From Acidobacteriota bacterium (GTDB lineage Bacteria; Acidobacteriota; Thermoanaerobaculia; Multivoradales; JBCCEF01), in NCBI GenBank assembly GCA_039028635.1, contig JBCCHV010000004.1, forward strand, positions 89,385 to 153,384: DNA of 64,000 nucleotides, written 5' to 3'. This document shows, piece after piece, positions 1 to 10,169 of this stretch. A model generated the notes under the pieces. The model saw nothing but the letters and a program-made list of their open reading frames with translations. It did not search any database and had not been told where the DNA came from. The translations under genes were made by a program, and so were the position numbers. How positions within the stretch are numbered: position 1 is the stretch's first letter; every line of letters begins with the position of its first letter.

Positions 1-17
1 TCGATTCGCTGGTCGAG

Positions 18-755
18 ATGGATCCCGAGCACCCCAAGCGGGAGGAGTTCGCGGGCTGGATGACGCTGCTGCGGCAGGAGCTGGCGCAGGACGACAAGGT
101 GGTGAAGACCTTGCAGTCGGCCCGCGAGGCGCTCGCCAAGGGGCGTCGCCGCACCGCCCGCCGGCGCCTCGAGACGCTGCGCAAGCTCGACTCCGACGTC
201 GCCGCGAGCTTCGAGCAGGAGATGACCGAGGCGGCTCAGCGGGAGCAGGAAGACGAGGCCCTGGAGAAACGGCGCAGCGAGTTCGAGCTTCATCTCGAAG
301 CCGGCAACCTGGCCGAGGCGGAGAAGGCCCTCGAGGCCTTGACCGCCCTCGGCGCGACCAAGGTCAGCCTCGACTTCGCCCGCGGGCGCCTCGAAGACCT
401 GCGGCGGCAGCAGGCGGTGGCCGACCAGGTCACCAGTCTCGAGCATCGTTACCGCGAGCGCTTGGCGGTGGACGACTACCGCGGCGCCCGCGAGATCGCC
501 CTCGAGGTCGAGAACCTCTTGCCTGGCGGAGATTCGCGGCGTGGCGCCATGCTGGCCGAGGTGGCGCGTCTCGAGGCCGATGCTGGTCGGCGCGCCTCGG
601 TGGTTCAAGGCGAGCGTCAGGTGGCCGATCTGATCGCCGGCGGCGAGGCCGAGAAGGCGCGCCTCGCCTTGGGGATTTTGCTGCGCTTGGATCCGGAGAA
701 TCGCCGGCGGGCCGACTTCGAAGCGCGCATTGCGGCCCTCGAGGGCGAGCGATAA
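18..755 (+). CDS. hypothetical coiled-coil/TPR-like protein (possibly 5' truncated by the window edge)
   Basis: 245-aa ORF with high GC3. Alternating charged helical segments (AEAEKALEAL, RLEDLRRQQ). The reading frame is open back to nt 3, so the true start may lie upstream of the window. Confidence 0.4.
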   Translation: MDPEHPKREEFAGWMTLLRQELAQDDKVVKTLQSAREALAKGRRRTARRRLETLRKLDSDVAASFEQEMTEAAQREQEDEALEKRRSEFELHLEAGNLAEAEKALEALTALGATKVSLDFARGRLEDLRRQQAVADQVTSLEHRYRERLAVDDYRGAREIALEVENLLPGGDSRRGAMLAEVARLEADAGRRASVVQGERQVADLIAGGEAEKARLALGILLRLDPENRRRADFEARIAALEGER

Positions 756-803
756 GATCCCGGCTCTTCTCCAGCCACCCCCTCACCTCACGGAAGACCT
801 CCC

Positions 804-2867
804 ATGTCCTCTCTGGAACGTTTGCGGCGATACGCCTTCATGAAGCTGGCGCGTGATCTCGACGCGCGCTTCGAAAACCTGCTCAAGACCGGTCGGGTGA
901 CCAAGTGGTATAGCGAGGTCGGCAACGAGGCCACCACCGTGCCGGCTGGCCTGGCTCTCGAGGCCGGTGACTCGCTCTGCACCCTGCATCGCGATCTCGG
1001 CGCCATCCTCGCCGTCTATCTCGATCCGGCGCGCATTTTTCCCGGCTTCGGATTCGGCGAGCCGGACGGTCGCCGGCCGGCGCCGGAAGAGGTGCTCTAT
1101 CGCCTCTGCTGCCAGCTTCTGGGCAAGGGCGACGGCTTTTCCCAGGGTGTCGAGCGCTCCTTCCATTACGGCTATCTCGATCCGGCGGCCGGTATCCATC
1201 ACGTCGGCATGATCAGCCACCTCGGGGCGATGATTCCGGTGGCCGCGGGCTGTGCCTTCGCGCATCGACAGCGGGGTAGTGACCGGGTGGCGATCAACTT
1301 CATCGGCGACGGTGGCACCTCGACCGGTGATTTCCACGAGGGGCTCAACATGGCCGCGGTGTGGAAGCTGCCGCTCATCCTGGTGGTCGAGAACAACCGC
1401 TACGCCTTCTCGACCCCGACTCGCCTGCAGTATGCCTGCGAGCGGCTGAGCGACCGTGGCGTCGGCTACGGGGTGGCCGCCGAGAGCGTCGATGGCAACG
1501 ATCCGGACGCCATGGCGGCGGCCTTCGAAGGCGCCATCGCCCGCGCCCGCGGCGGCGAAGGTCCGACCTTGATCGAGGCCATGCTGGGGCGCATGCGCGG
1601 CCACAGCGAAGGGGACGATTCCCTCAAGGTGGTGCCGCCGGACGAGCTCGAGACCTATCTCGCCGCCGATCCGGTGCCGACCTATGGCAAACGCCTCGCC
1701 GCCGACGGGGTGCTCGACGAAGCGACCTGGCAGCGGCTCGACGACGCCATTGGCGCTTTGGTGGAAGACAGCCTGGGGCGGGCCCTCGAGGCCGAGCCGC
1801 CGACTCCGGAGACGGCTCGCCGGCCGCTCTTCGCGGTGGGCGACGGCGCTCCCGTCGGCTCCCTGGCGCCATCGCGCTGGGCGGCTCCGACGGACACCGA
1901 GACCAGCTACGTCGACGCCATCAATCGTGCCCTGGCGGAGGAGATGGAGCGCGATACGCAGGTGGTGCTGATGGGCCAGGACATTGCCGCCTTCGAGGGT
2001 GCCTTTCGGGCCACCAAGAAGCTCCACGCCACCTGGCCCGAACGCGTCTTCGATACCCCCATCGCCGAGTCCGGCACCCTCGGCATCGCCATCGGCGCGG
2101 CGCTGTCGGGATTCCGGCCGGTGGTCGAAATGCAGTTCGCCGACTTCATTTCCTGCGGCTACAACCAGATCGTCAACGTCGCCGCCAAGCTCTTCTACCG
2201 CTGGCAGGTGCCTTGCCCGCTGGTGGTGCGCCTACCCTCCGGCGGCGGAGTGGGGGCGGGGCCCTTCCACTCCCAGAACCCGGAGGGCTGGTTCGCCCAC
2301 GTGCCCGGCTTGAAGGTGGTTTGCCCGGCCACCGCGGAGGACGCCGGGCGGCTGTTGGTGGCCGCCATTCGGGACCCCAATCCGGTGCTCTTCTTCGAGC
2401 ACAAGTTCCTCTATCGGCGCAAGAAGAGCCAGCTCCCGAGCACCGCCCTGGAGGCTGCCGAAATCGGTCGCTCGCAACGGCTGCGGGAGGGCTCGGACCT
2501 CACCCTGGTGGCCTACGGCGCCTCGACCTGGACCTGCCTCGAAGCGGCGGAGAAGCTCTCCGGAGAAGGCATCGAGGCGACGGTGATCGACCTCCGTACT
2601 CTGGTGCCCCTCGACCTCGAGCCGGCGCTCGAGTCGCTGCGCCAGACCTCCCGTGCCTTGGTGGTGCACGAGGACCATGTCACCGGCGGCTTCGGGGCCG
2701 AAGTGGCGACCCGCTTGGCGGACGAGGCCTTCCTGTGGCTCGACGCTCCGGTGCGGCGGGTGGCGACGGAGGATCGGCCGAGCCCCTACGTCAAGAGCTT
2801 GGAGCGAGTCCTTCTGCCGACGGTGGAGAAGGTCGTCGAGGCCGCCCGCGACCTCGCGGCGTTTTAG
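804..2867 (+). CDS. 2-oxo acid (pyruvate/branched-chain/acetoin) dehydrogenase E1 component, fused alpha-beta subunits
   Basis: The N-terminal half has the TPP-binding E1-alpha signature (GDGGTSTGDFHEGLNMAAVWKLPLILVVENNRYAFSTPT). The C-terminal half is E1-beta transketolase-like (QDIAAFEGAFRATKKLHATWPERVFDTPIAESGTLGIAIGAA ... FEHKFLY). 687 aa. Confidence 0.85.
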   Translation: MSSLERLRRYAFMKLARDLDARFENLLKTGRVTKWYSEVGNEATTVPAGLALEAGDSLCTLHRDLGAILAVYLDPARIFPGFGFGEPDGRRPAPEEVLYRLCCQLLGKGDGFSQGVERSFHYGYLDPAAGIHHVGMISHLGAMIPVAAGCAFAHRQRGSDRVAINFIGDGGTSTGDFHEGLNMAAVWKLPLILVVENNRYAFSTPTRLQYACERLSDRGVGYGVAAESVDGNDPDAMAAAFEGAIARARGGEGPTLIEAMLGRMRGHSEGDDSLKVVPPDELETYLAADPVPTYGKRLAADGVLDEATWQRLDDAIGALVEDSLGRALEAEPPTPETARRPLFAVGDGAPVGSLAPSRWAAPTDTETSYVDAINRALAEEMERDTQVVLMGQDIAAFEGAFRATKKLHATWPERVFDTPIAESGTLGIAIGAALSGFRPVVEMQFADFISCGYNQIVNVAAKLFYRWQVPCPLVVRLPSGGGVGAGPFHSQNPEGWFAHVPGLKVVCPATAEDAGRLLVAAIRDPNPVLFFEHKFLYRRKKSQLPSTALEAAEIGRSQRLREGSDLTLVAYGASTWTCLEAAEKLSGEGIEATVIDLRTLVPLDLEPALESLRQTSRALVVHEDHVTGGFGAEVATRLADEAFLWLDAPVRRVATEDRPSPYVKSLERVLLPTVEKVVEAARDLAAF

Positions 2868-3454
2868 TCCTCTTCTTCCGTTTCGGTGCTGTCTTCCGCG
2901 GCGTCCGGGGTCGCTGGCTCGGTGGGCGGTGGATCGCTGCGGTAGATCAACCACAGAAAGCCCGTCGGCGGTGCGCCTTCGAGGGCGCTCGGAGAGCGTA
3001 GCGGCGCCGCCAGCTCGAGACCCTCGCCCGGTTTCTCGGTCAGCTCGAGGGTTTCGAGCACCCAGCCATCGCGCGGGTCGAGGCGGCCGGTGGTGAGCAG
3101 CTTGCGGTCGCTGCCGGCGAGCACGGTGCCGTCCGCACCGAGGACGTGGAGGGCTTCGATGCCCGGTACCTCGAGGGCCGCCGACACGGCTTGGTCGAGA
3201 CCGCTACGATTCTTCGCCCGCGCCAGCGGCAGCACGCCCGAGGCGAGGGCCGCAAAGACCGCCCGGCCTTCCTTGCGCCCGGCCTCCGCCTGCAGCCGCT
3301 CCGCCTCCGTCTGAAAGGTCATCAGGCGCGAGTTCCAGCGATTGTCCTGTATCTCGAGCTCGGAAGTGCGCTGCCGCTCCTTGATCGTCCAGATTCCCCA
3401 GCCGGTCAGGAAAATCAGCGCCACGAGCAAAGCCTCGAAGGCGATCCTCTTCAT
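2864..3454 (-). CDS. hypothetical membrane-anchored protein
   Basis: 196 aa starting MKRIAFEALLVALIFLTGWGIW (N-terminal TM) with an acidic C-terminus (TETEEED). ATG at 3452-3454 confirmed on the reverse strand. Lies downstream of the PLP enzyme gene. Confidence 0.5.
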   Translation of the reverse strand: MKRIAFEALLVALIFLTGWGIWTIKERQRTSELEIQDNRWNSRLMTFQTEAERLQAEAGRKEGRAVFAALASGVLPLARAKNRSGLDQAVSAALEVPGIEALHVLGADGTVLAGSDRKLLTTGRLDPRDGWVLETLELTEKPGEGLELAAPLRSPSALEGAPPTGFLWLIYRSDPPPTEPATPDAAEDSTETEEED

Positions 3455-3492
3455 AATTTTCTCCCCTTGATCGAATGCCGATGGCCGGAAGT

Positions 3493-4650
3493 TTACTCCG
3501 CCAGCGCGGCTTCGAGGTCGGCGAGGAGGTCGTCGGCAGCCTCGATGCCGGTGGAAATGCGCACCAGTCCGTCGCTGATGCCGGCCTGACGGCGCTCTTC
3601 TGAGCTCAGGGAGCGGTGCGATGAGCGCGCCGGCGAGACGATCAGGGTCTCGATGCCGCCGAGGCTGGGGGCGTGGGTGGCGAGGCGAGTGCGGGTGAGC
3701 CAGCGATGGGCCGCTTCGGTACCGCCCTCGAGTTCGACCGCCAGCATGCCGCCGAAGCCGTCGAGGAGACGGCTGGCGCGCTGGTGGTGGGGATGGCTGG
3801 CGAGTCCCGGATAGAGCACCTTCGCCACCGCCGGGTGCGGCTCGAGGCGCTGGGCGAGGGCGAGGGCGGTCTGGTGATGGCGCTCCATGCGGACGCCGAG
3901 GGTCTTGAGACCGCGCTGCAAGAGGTAGCAGGCATGGGGGTCGAGGCAGCCGCCGAGGAGGTGGATCAGGTCGGCGCAGGCCTCGACCCGCTCGCGGCGG
4001 CCGATGATGGCGCCGGCGACCAGATCCGAGTGGCCGTTGAGGTACTTGGTGGCGCTGTGCAGGGAGAGATCGAAGCCGTGCTCGGCGGGGCGAAAGTTGA
4101 TCGGCGTGGCGAAAGTGTTGTCGGTCATCGCCGCCAGGCCGTGCTTTCCGGCGAAGCGACCGACCTCGTCGAGGGGTGGCACGGCGAGGGTGGGGTTGCT
4201 CACCGTTTCGACATAGATGGCACGGCTGTTGGGACGCAGCGCGCCGGACCAGCTGGCGGGATCCTCGACATCGATCACCGAGACCTCGACGCCGTAGCGT
4301 GGCAAGAAGCGGTGAACGAACTGATGGGTGCCGCCATAGAGGCCGCCGCAGGCCAGCAGGTGGTCGCCCTGCGAGAGAACGCTCAGCAGCGCCGCCGAGA
4401 TCGCCGCCATGCCGCTGCTGGTGACCAGCGCCGCTTCGGCGTTCTCGAGGTCGGCCAGCTTGTCCGCCAGGACCTGATGGTTCGGCAGGTTGTTGTAGCG
4501 AATATAGGTCAGCTCCTGGTCTTCCCGACCGGCGGGGATCTCGTAGACGGTGGACTGGAAAACCGGCGTGATCGCCGAGCCGGCGACTCGGTTCGCGGCT
4601 TCTCCGGCATGGACGACGCGGGTGTCGAGGTGGTCGCGCGAACGGCTCAT
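3493..4650 (-). CDS. Cys/Met-metabolism PLP-dependent enzyme (cystathionine gamma-synthase / methionine gamma-lyase / O-acetylhomoserine sulfhydrylase family)
   Basis: Family hallmarks: VVHAGE near the N-terminus, SSGMAAI, and the PLP-lysine region [15 protein letters not shown]. Start chosen at the internal MSRSRDHLD (ATG 4648-4650). The longer overlapping 620-aa ORF is an artefact. Confidence 0.8.
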   Translation of the reverse strand: MSRSRDHLDTRVVHAGEAANRVAGSAITPVFQSTVYEIPAGREDQELTYIRYNNLPNHQVLADKLADLENAEAALVTSSGMAAISAALLSVLSQGDHLLACGGLYGGTHQFVHRFLPRYGVEVSVIDVEDPASWSGALRPNSRAIYVETVSNPTLAVPPLDEVGRFAGKHGLAAMTDNTFATPINFRPAEHGFDLSLHSATKYLNGHSDLVAGAIIGRRERVEACADLIHLLGGCLDPHACYLLQRGLKTLGVRMERHHQTALALAQRLEPHPAVAKVLYPGLASHPHHQRASRLLDGFGGMLAVELEGGTEAAHRWLTRTRLATHAPSLGGIETLIVSPARSSHRSLSSEERRQAGISDGLVRISTGIEAADDLLADLEAALAE

Positions 4651-4785
4651 GGCAGGGTCCTTTCGGGGGTGAATCGATGGCCGGTGAGGTCGGGGCCGTA
4701 AGCATAGCGTCACGGCGATCCATCATGGAGGCGGACGGCGCGGTAAACTCACGGACGGTCGCCGACTCGGCCAGAACTTCGAATC

Positions 4786-5091
4786 ATGCAGGAAAACGCT
4801 CCCCTCCGTCCGATGCGCTCGCTGTTGATCGGCGCCCTGGTGCTGTTTCTCACCCTGATGGTGGTGGCCGCCTTCGAGAGCTATCGTGACCTGACCATGG
4901 TGCAGGCGCGGGAAGCCGAGCTCCAGGACGAGCTGGCCGCCACCGAGGACGCGATCCTCGACCTCGAGGAGCGCATCGTCGGTTTGCGCGAAGATCCGGC
5001 GATCCTCGAACGGCTGGCGCGCGAGGAGCTCGGCATGATGAAGCCCGGCGAGGTGGTCATTCTGCTGCCCGAGGACGCCGGCTCCCCCTGA
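4786..5091 (+). CDS. ftsB: septum formation initiator FtsB/DivIC family
   Basis: 101 aa with a single N-terminal TM and coiled coil, then the C-terminal LERLAREELGMMKPGEVVI motif typical of FtsB. Confidence 0.6.
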   Translation: MQENAPLRPMRSLLIGALVLFLTLMVVAAFESYRDLTMVQAREAELQDELAATEDAILDLEERIVGLREDPAILERLAREELGMMKPGEVVILLPEDAGSP

Positions 5092-5102
5092 AGCGGACGG
5101 CT

Positions 5103-6710
5103 GTGGATTCCGAATCTTCCGCGCGCCGCGGCGATGCCCGCCGACGGCTCTGGCTGCTCCTGGTGCTCGGAGCGCTGGGGCTGGCTCTGATCGCCTTCGG
5201 AGCGCGTTTCCATCCGATCGAGGAGGCCGGGACCGCCGAGCGCGACGGCTTCGTCGCCCAGGCCGATCTCCTGCTCGCCGGCGAGGTGCCGCGGGATGCC
5301 TTCCGGCCGCTGCTCTATCCGTTGACGGTGGCCGCGCTGGCGCCGCTGGTCGGCGATACCTTCACCGCGGCCCGGCTGTGCTCGAACCTGGCGGCGGTGG
5401 CCTTGGTGCTGCTCGCCTTCGCCTTCGCTCGCCAGCTCGTTCCCGAGCGCCCGGCGGTGGCCTGGTGGGCGCTCGCCCTGCTGGCGGTCAATCCCAACCT
5501 CTGGATCCTCGGCCAGCACGTCTCGACGGACATGTTCTTCGCCGCCCTGGGCGCGGCCAGCCTGCTGCTGGCCTTGCGCTTTCGCCAGCAGCCGACGGTG
5601 GCGATGGCCCTCGCCCTGGGTGCCGGCCTGGGGCTCGCCGCCTTCAGCCGCGGCAGTGCCCTCTTTCTGGTGCCGCCGGTGCTTTGGGCCCTGTGGTCCG
5701 GTCGTCACCGGCCGGCCCTCTGGGGCTGGGCGTGCCTCGCCTTCGGGATCACCTTGGCACCGCACTTCGGTCTGCGCTTCGTCGCCTTCGGAGATCCCTT
5801 CCACGACGAGAACTGGAAGAACCTGGCCTTCAAGCTCTATGGCTACCCGGACTGGTCCTATCTCGAGCGGGTGCCCTTCTCGGGCCTCGGCGAGGTCTTG
5901 CTGGCCGATCCGCTGGCGGTGCTGTGGGGAGGAATGCGGGAGGCGGCGCGCTTCCTGGTGGGAGGGCTGAAGCATCTCCTGGGAACTCCGCTCCACGGCC
6001 TGCTCCTCGGTCTCGGGATGTGGGCTGCCTGGAGGCGCTCGAAGGATCGCCCGGTACTGCTCTGGCTGCTCTTCGCCATCGGGATCTTCCTCGCCGGCCT
6101 GTGTTTCACCTTCTTCGCTTGGGGGCGGTTGGTGCTGCCCCTGTTGCCGATCCTGGTCACCCTGTCGGCCTGCGCTTGGTGGCTGGCTCCCGGGGGCCGC
6201 CGTTGGCCGCAGGCGGTCGGGGTCGCCCTGGTGCTCCTGCTGGCGATCAAGACCTTCGCTTTCCGCCTGCCGGCCTTCGTCGAGCGTCATCCGGCGGCCG
6301 AGCTCGCCATGCTGCAGCGTCTTGCCCTGGAGGTCGAGCCGGGGCGTTCCCTAGCCGGCACCATGCCTTTTGCCGGACGCGATCTCACGGTGCCCTATGT
6401 GGCCTTGCCGGATGCCCTCGGCCAGTGGGCTGCGTCGCCGGCGTATTACCAGTCTTTGGCCGAGCTCTGCGACCGCGAAGCGGTGGACTATCTGGTGATC
6501 AGCGCCCTCGAGCTGCGGCAGCGTCCGGCGGCGCTGCTCTCCGAGCCGGCGCCGGTGAGCTGGCTGGAAGCGGTGCAGATCACCGACGGGGTGGCCGCCT
6601 GGCGGGTGCGCCGAACGCCGGTGGAGACCGAGAGCGCCGGGGATGACCCCGAGGGGGCGTCCGAGGAGAAAATCGACCCTCCCCGGGCGTCCGGCGACGA
6701 TCTCCTGTAG
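5103..6710 (+). CDS. glycosyltransferase family 39 (PMT_2 / ArnT-like) integral membrane protein
   Basis: 535 aa with many TM helices, an Asp-containing first periplasmic loop (RDAFRPLLYPL) and ArnT/PMT-like topology. Confidence 0.55.
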   Translation: MDSESSARRGDARRRLWLLLVLGALGLALIAFGARFHPIEEAGTAERDGFVAQADLLLAGEVPRDAFRPLLYPLTVAALAPLVGDTFTAARLCSNLAAVALVLLAFAFARQLVPERPAVAWWALALLAVNPNLWILGQHVSTDMFFAALGAASLLLALRFRQQPTVAMALALGAGLGLAAFSRGSALFLVPPVLWALWSGRHRPALWGWACLAFGITLAPHFGLRFVAFGDPFHDENWKNLAFKLYGYPDWSYLERVPFSGLGEVLLADPLAVLWGGMREAARFLVGGLKHLLGTPLHGLLLGLGMWAAWRRSKDRPVLLWLLFAIGIFLAGLCFTFFAWGRLVLPLLPILVTLSACAWWLAPGGRRWPQAVGVALVLLLAIKTFAFRLPAFVERHPAAELAMLQRLALEVEPGRSLAGTMPFAGRDLTVPYVALPDALGQWAASPAYYQSLAELCDREAVDYLVISALELRQRPAALLSEPAPVSWLEAVQITDGVAAWRVRRTPVETESAGDDPEGASEEKIDPPRASGDDLL

Positions 6711-6722
6711 ACTCCTGCGCCC

Positions 6723-9700
6723 ATGATGGAAGCCCGCGTGTGGGACGACTTTTCCCGGACGCTGCGTCGCAGTGTGCCCTTTCGCCGGCTCGCCGAGAGC
6801 CTTGGGGACGTGGTGCGTCTGCCGGTGCCGGCGGCGGCTTGGGTGGCCGAGCTGCTGGCCCGCGAGCACGACCGACCGTTGCTCGTGCTGGTGCCGCGCG
6901 AGGGCGATGCCATCGCCTGGCTGGAGGGGGCTCAGTTGGTCGGCGAGTCCGAGAGCGCCGTTTACTTTCCGGCGCCGTCCCTGTCGCCCTACCAGGAGAC
7001 CGAGGTGTCGCTGTTGGTGCGGGCCCAGGAGTCGGTGGCCATCGACCGCCTGGTTTCGGGGCGGGTGCGGACCGTGGTGGCGACGCCGCGCGCCCTCTTC
7101 CGCCGCCTGCCGCTGCCCTCCGAGGTGCATTCCGCAAGGGTGGCGATCACCGCCGGTGACGAGATCTCGCGCGATGATCTGCTGGCGCACCTGGTGCGCT
7201 TCGGCTTTCACCGCGTCGACCTGGTCTCGGAGATCGGCGAGCTGGCCGTTCGCGGCGGCATCTTCGATTTCTTTCCGCCCGGCGAAGAGTCGCCGATCCG
7301 CCTCGACTTCTTCGGCGACACGGTCGATTCCATTCGCCGCTTCGATGCCGCCAGCCAGCGCTCCGAGGAGTCCCTCGACAGCCTCGAGATCCTGCCCCTG
7401 TCGCTGGTTCCGGCGGGATCCGAAGAGGCGCGACGGCTGGCGGCCTTGCTGCCGCAGCAGCTCGACTACGAGCTCGGTCCGGAGGGCGCCGGCCAGCTCG
7501 AGGATCTCCTCGAGCGGGGAGGATTCGGTGGCTGGGAGAGCTATCTGCCGCTGCTCGAGCCCGAGACCACGGCGCTCGAAGGGCTGCTGGCGAATCCCCT
7601 GGTGGTGGCGGTCGATCCCCCGGCCCTGGTCGGCGAAGTGGAGCACCACGCCGACCTGCTGACGGCGGACTACGGAGCGCGCCGCGATGGCGGTCGGTTG
7701 GCGCTGCCGCCGGAGGTCGTGGAGCGGCCGGTGGACGAGGTTCTGGAGTTGATCGCGGGTGCGCCGCTGCGGATTCGTGACCTCGTCCTGGGCGGCGGCG
7801 AGGGCGGCTCGCAGATCGACTTCGAGGGCACCACGACGGATCTCTTCCAGGGTCAGCTACCGCGCTTCCCGCAGGAGGTGGCGGCGGCTCGGGCGCGCGG
7901 TGATCGCTGCTTGGTGGTGGTGCCGGCGGGCCACCGGCGGCGCATCGAAGATCTCCTCGAAGGGCGCGAGATCGCCCTCGGCTCGACCGGTTGCGAGATC
8001 GTGGAGGGTGAGCTGCAGCGCGGCTTTCGCCTACCGGCGGCAGGCCTTTCGGTCTATGGCGAGGCGCAGCTCCTGCCGCGCGCCAAGCCGCAACGGCGGG
8101 CGCCCAAAAAGGGCTTCGGTCCCTTCGTTTCGGGGCTGCGCGACCTCAAGGTGGGGGACTTCGTGGTCCACGCCGATCACGGCATCGGTCAGTTCGTGGC
8201 GCTGCGTCGTCTCGGCGGCGGCACCGCCACCCCGGATCTGCCGCCTTCCTTGAGCGACATGTCGAGTGGCCAGGGCGGCGAGGCGGAGGTGATGGAGATC
8301 GCCTACGCCGCCGGCAAGAGCCTGCTGCTGCCCCTGTCGCGTCTCGATCTGGTGCAGAAGTTCAGCGGTATGGAGGGGGTCCGGCCGCGCCTCGACAAGC
8401 TCGGCGGCACTTCCTGGAACAAGACCAAGGCGAAGGTGCGCAAGAGCCTTCGGGACATGGCCCAGGAGCTGCTCAAGCTGTATGCCCAGCGGCAGGTGGC
8501 GGAGGCTCCGGTGATGCCGCCGGACAGCGACATGATCCGCCAGTTCGGCGCCGCCTTCGCCTACGAGGAAACCCCCGATCAGCTCGAGGCCATCCTCGCC
8601 ATCGGCGAGGACCTCGAACGCTCGCGCCCGATGGATCGTCTGCTCTGCGGTGACGTCGGTTACGGCAAGACGGAGGTCGCCATGCGGGCCGCCTTCAAGG
8701 TCGTCGATGGCGGCTATCAGGTGGCCGTGCTGGCGCCCACCACCATCCTGGCGGACCAACACCTCGAGACCTTCCGCAAGCGCTTCGCCGGCTTCCCGGT
8801 CAATATCTCGATGATCTCCCGCTTCCGTTCCCGGGAGGAGGTGCGGGATGTGCGACAGCGCCTCGAGGCGGGCAAGATCGACATTCTGGTCGGCACCCAC
8901 CGACTGCTCTCCAAGGACATCGAGTTTCAGCGCCTCGGCCTGCTGATCGTCGACGAGGAGCAGCGCTTCGGCGTCGCCCAGAAGGAGAAGGTCAAGCAGC
9001 TCAAGCAGAACGTCCACGTGCTCGCCATGTCGGCGACGCCGGTGCCGCGCACCCTCCAGCTCTCCCTCGCCGGGGTGCGCGATATGTCGGTGATCGAGAC
9101 TCCGCCGAAGGACCGCATGGCCGTCGAGACGGCGATCCTGCCTTTCGATGCGCGCTTCATCCGCGAGGCGGTGGAGGCCGAGATCGACCGTGGTGGGCAG
9201 GTGTACTACGTCTACAACCGGGTCGAGACCATCGAGCGCATGCTCACTTTCCTGCGCGAGACCATCCCCGGCGTGCGGGTGACGGTGGGGCACGGTCAGC
9301 TCGACGAGCGCGAGCTGTGGCGGCGCATGCACGCCTTCACCAACCGCGAGTTCGATGTCCTGCTGGCCACCACCATCATCGAAAACGGCATCGACATCCC
9401 CAACGTCAACACCATGATCGTGCATCGCGCCGACCGCTTCGGGCTGGCTCAGCTCTATCAGCTGAGGGGCCGGGTGGGGCGCAGCGATCAGCTCGCCTAC
9501 TGCTATCTACTGGTAGACGGCGATCGGGTGCTCTCGGAGCAGGCCCGCAAGCGACTGTCGGCGATTCGTGAGTTCACCGATCTCGGGGCCGGCTTCCGCA
9601 TCGCGGCGCGCGATCTCGAGATTCGCGGCGCCGGCAACCTGCTGGGGGCGGAGCAGAGCGGCCACATCGCCGCGGTCGGTATCGAGACCTACCTCAAGAT

Positions 9701-10169
9701 GCTCGAAGAGGCGGTCCGCGAGCTGCGCGGTGAAGCGGTCGAAGAGGCTCCCTCGGTGGCCCTCGACCTGCCGGTGTCGTCGTCGATTCCGGAGAGCTAC
9801 ATCGAGGACTCCAATCTCCGCATGGAGGTCTATCGCAAGATCGCCGCCGCCGAGGTGCAGGAGAAGGAGCTGCTGGCGGAGATGGAGGATCGCTTCGGGC
9901 CGCCGCCGCCGGAGGTGCGGACGCTGCTTTCGGTGGGTCGCCTGAAGCGCGCCGCCGAGGCGCTGCGGGTGCAGTCCATCTCCTATCAGAAGGGACAGCT
10001 CACCATGCGCCTGCGGCGCGACGCCCGCATCGACGTCGACCGTCTGATCGCGATGGTCTCGAGCCGCGGCGACGCCAGTTTTTCGCCCAGTGGCGTGCTC
10101 ACCCTGGCGGTCGCCTCGCAGCCGCCCCTCGGTCTCGCCCTCGCCACCCTCGAGGAGCTGGCGGCATGA
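6723..10169 (+). CDS. mfd: transcription-repair coupling factor Mfd
   Basis: 1148 aa. Superfamily-2 helicase motifs (LLCGDVGYGKTEVAMRAAFK, DEEQRFGV, SATPVPRTL, QLRGRVGRS) plus a CarD/TRCF domain (GDFVVHADHGIGQF). Confidence 0.9.
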   Translation: MMEARVWDDFSRTLRRSVPFRRLAESLGDVVRLPVPAAAWVAELLAREHDRPLLVLVPREGDAIAWLEGAQLVGESESAVYFPAPSLSPYQETEVSLLVRAQESVAIDRLVSGRVRTVVATPRALFRRLPLPSEVHSARVAITAGDEISRDDLLAHLVRFGFHRVDLVSEIGELAVRGGIFDFFPPGEESPIRLDFFGDTVDSIRRFDAASQRSEESLDSLEILPLSLVPAGSEEARRLAALLPQQLDYELGPEGAGQLEDLLERGGFGGWESYLPLLEPETTALEGLLANPLVVAVDPPALVGEVEHHADLLTADYGARRDGGRLALPPEVVERPVDEVLELIAGAPLRIRDLVLGGGEGGSQIDFEGTTTDLFQGQLPRFPQEVAAARARGDRCLVVVPAGHRRRIEDLLEGREIALGSTGCEIVEGELQRGFRLPAAGLSVYGEAQLLPRAKPQRRAPKKGFGPFVSGLRDLKVGDFVVHADHGIGQFVALRRLGGGTATPDLPPSLSDMSSGQGGEAEVMEIAYAAGKSLLLPLSRLDLVQKFSGMEGVRPRLDKLGGTSWNKTKAKVRKSLRDMAQELLKLYAQRQVAEAPVMPPDSDMIRQFGAAFAYEETPDQLEAILAIGEDLERSRPMDRLLCGDVGYGKTEVAMRAAFKVVDGGYQVAVLAPTTILADQHLETFRKRFAGFPVNISMISRFRSREEVRDVRQRLEAGKIDILVGTHRLLSKDIEFQRLGLLIVDEEQRFGVAQKEKVKQLKQNVHVLAMSATPVPRTLQLSLAGVRDMSVIETPPKDRMAVETAILPFDARFIREAVEAEIDRGGQVYYVYNRVETIERMLTFLRETIPGVRVTVGHGQLDERELWRRMHAFTNREFDVLLATTIIENGIDIPNVNTMIVHRADRFGLAQLYQLRGRVGRSDQLAYCYLLVDGDRVLSEQARKRLSAIREFTDLGAGFRIAARDLEIRGAGNLLGAEQSGHIAAVGIETYLKMLEEAVRELRGEAVEEAPSVALDLPVSSSIPESYIEDSNLRMEVYRKIAAAEVQEKELLAEMEDRFGPPPPEVRTLLSVGRLKRAAEALRVQSISYQKGQLTMRLRRDARIDVDRLIAMVSSRGDASFSPSGVLTLAVASQPPLGLALATLEELAA

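Noticed and set aside
1361-3001. 546-aa Arg/Gly-rich ORF on the + strand
   Set aside because: It is an alternative frame inside the well-supported E1 alpha/beta gene (804-2867). The low-complexity RRRGRR composition indicates a GC artefact.
2864-4726. 620-aa ORF that appears to fuse the PLP enzyme region and the small membrane protein
   Set aside because: The PLP enzyme is in a different frame (3493-4650). Only the last 196 codons of this frame (2864-3454) look like a real gene with its own ATG. The rest is off-frame read-through.
8031-9425. 464-aa minus-strand ORF
   Set aside because: It is antisense to mfd.
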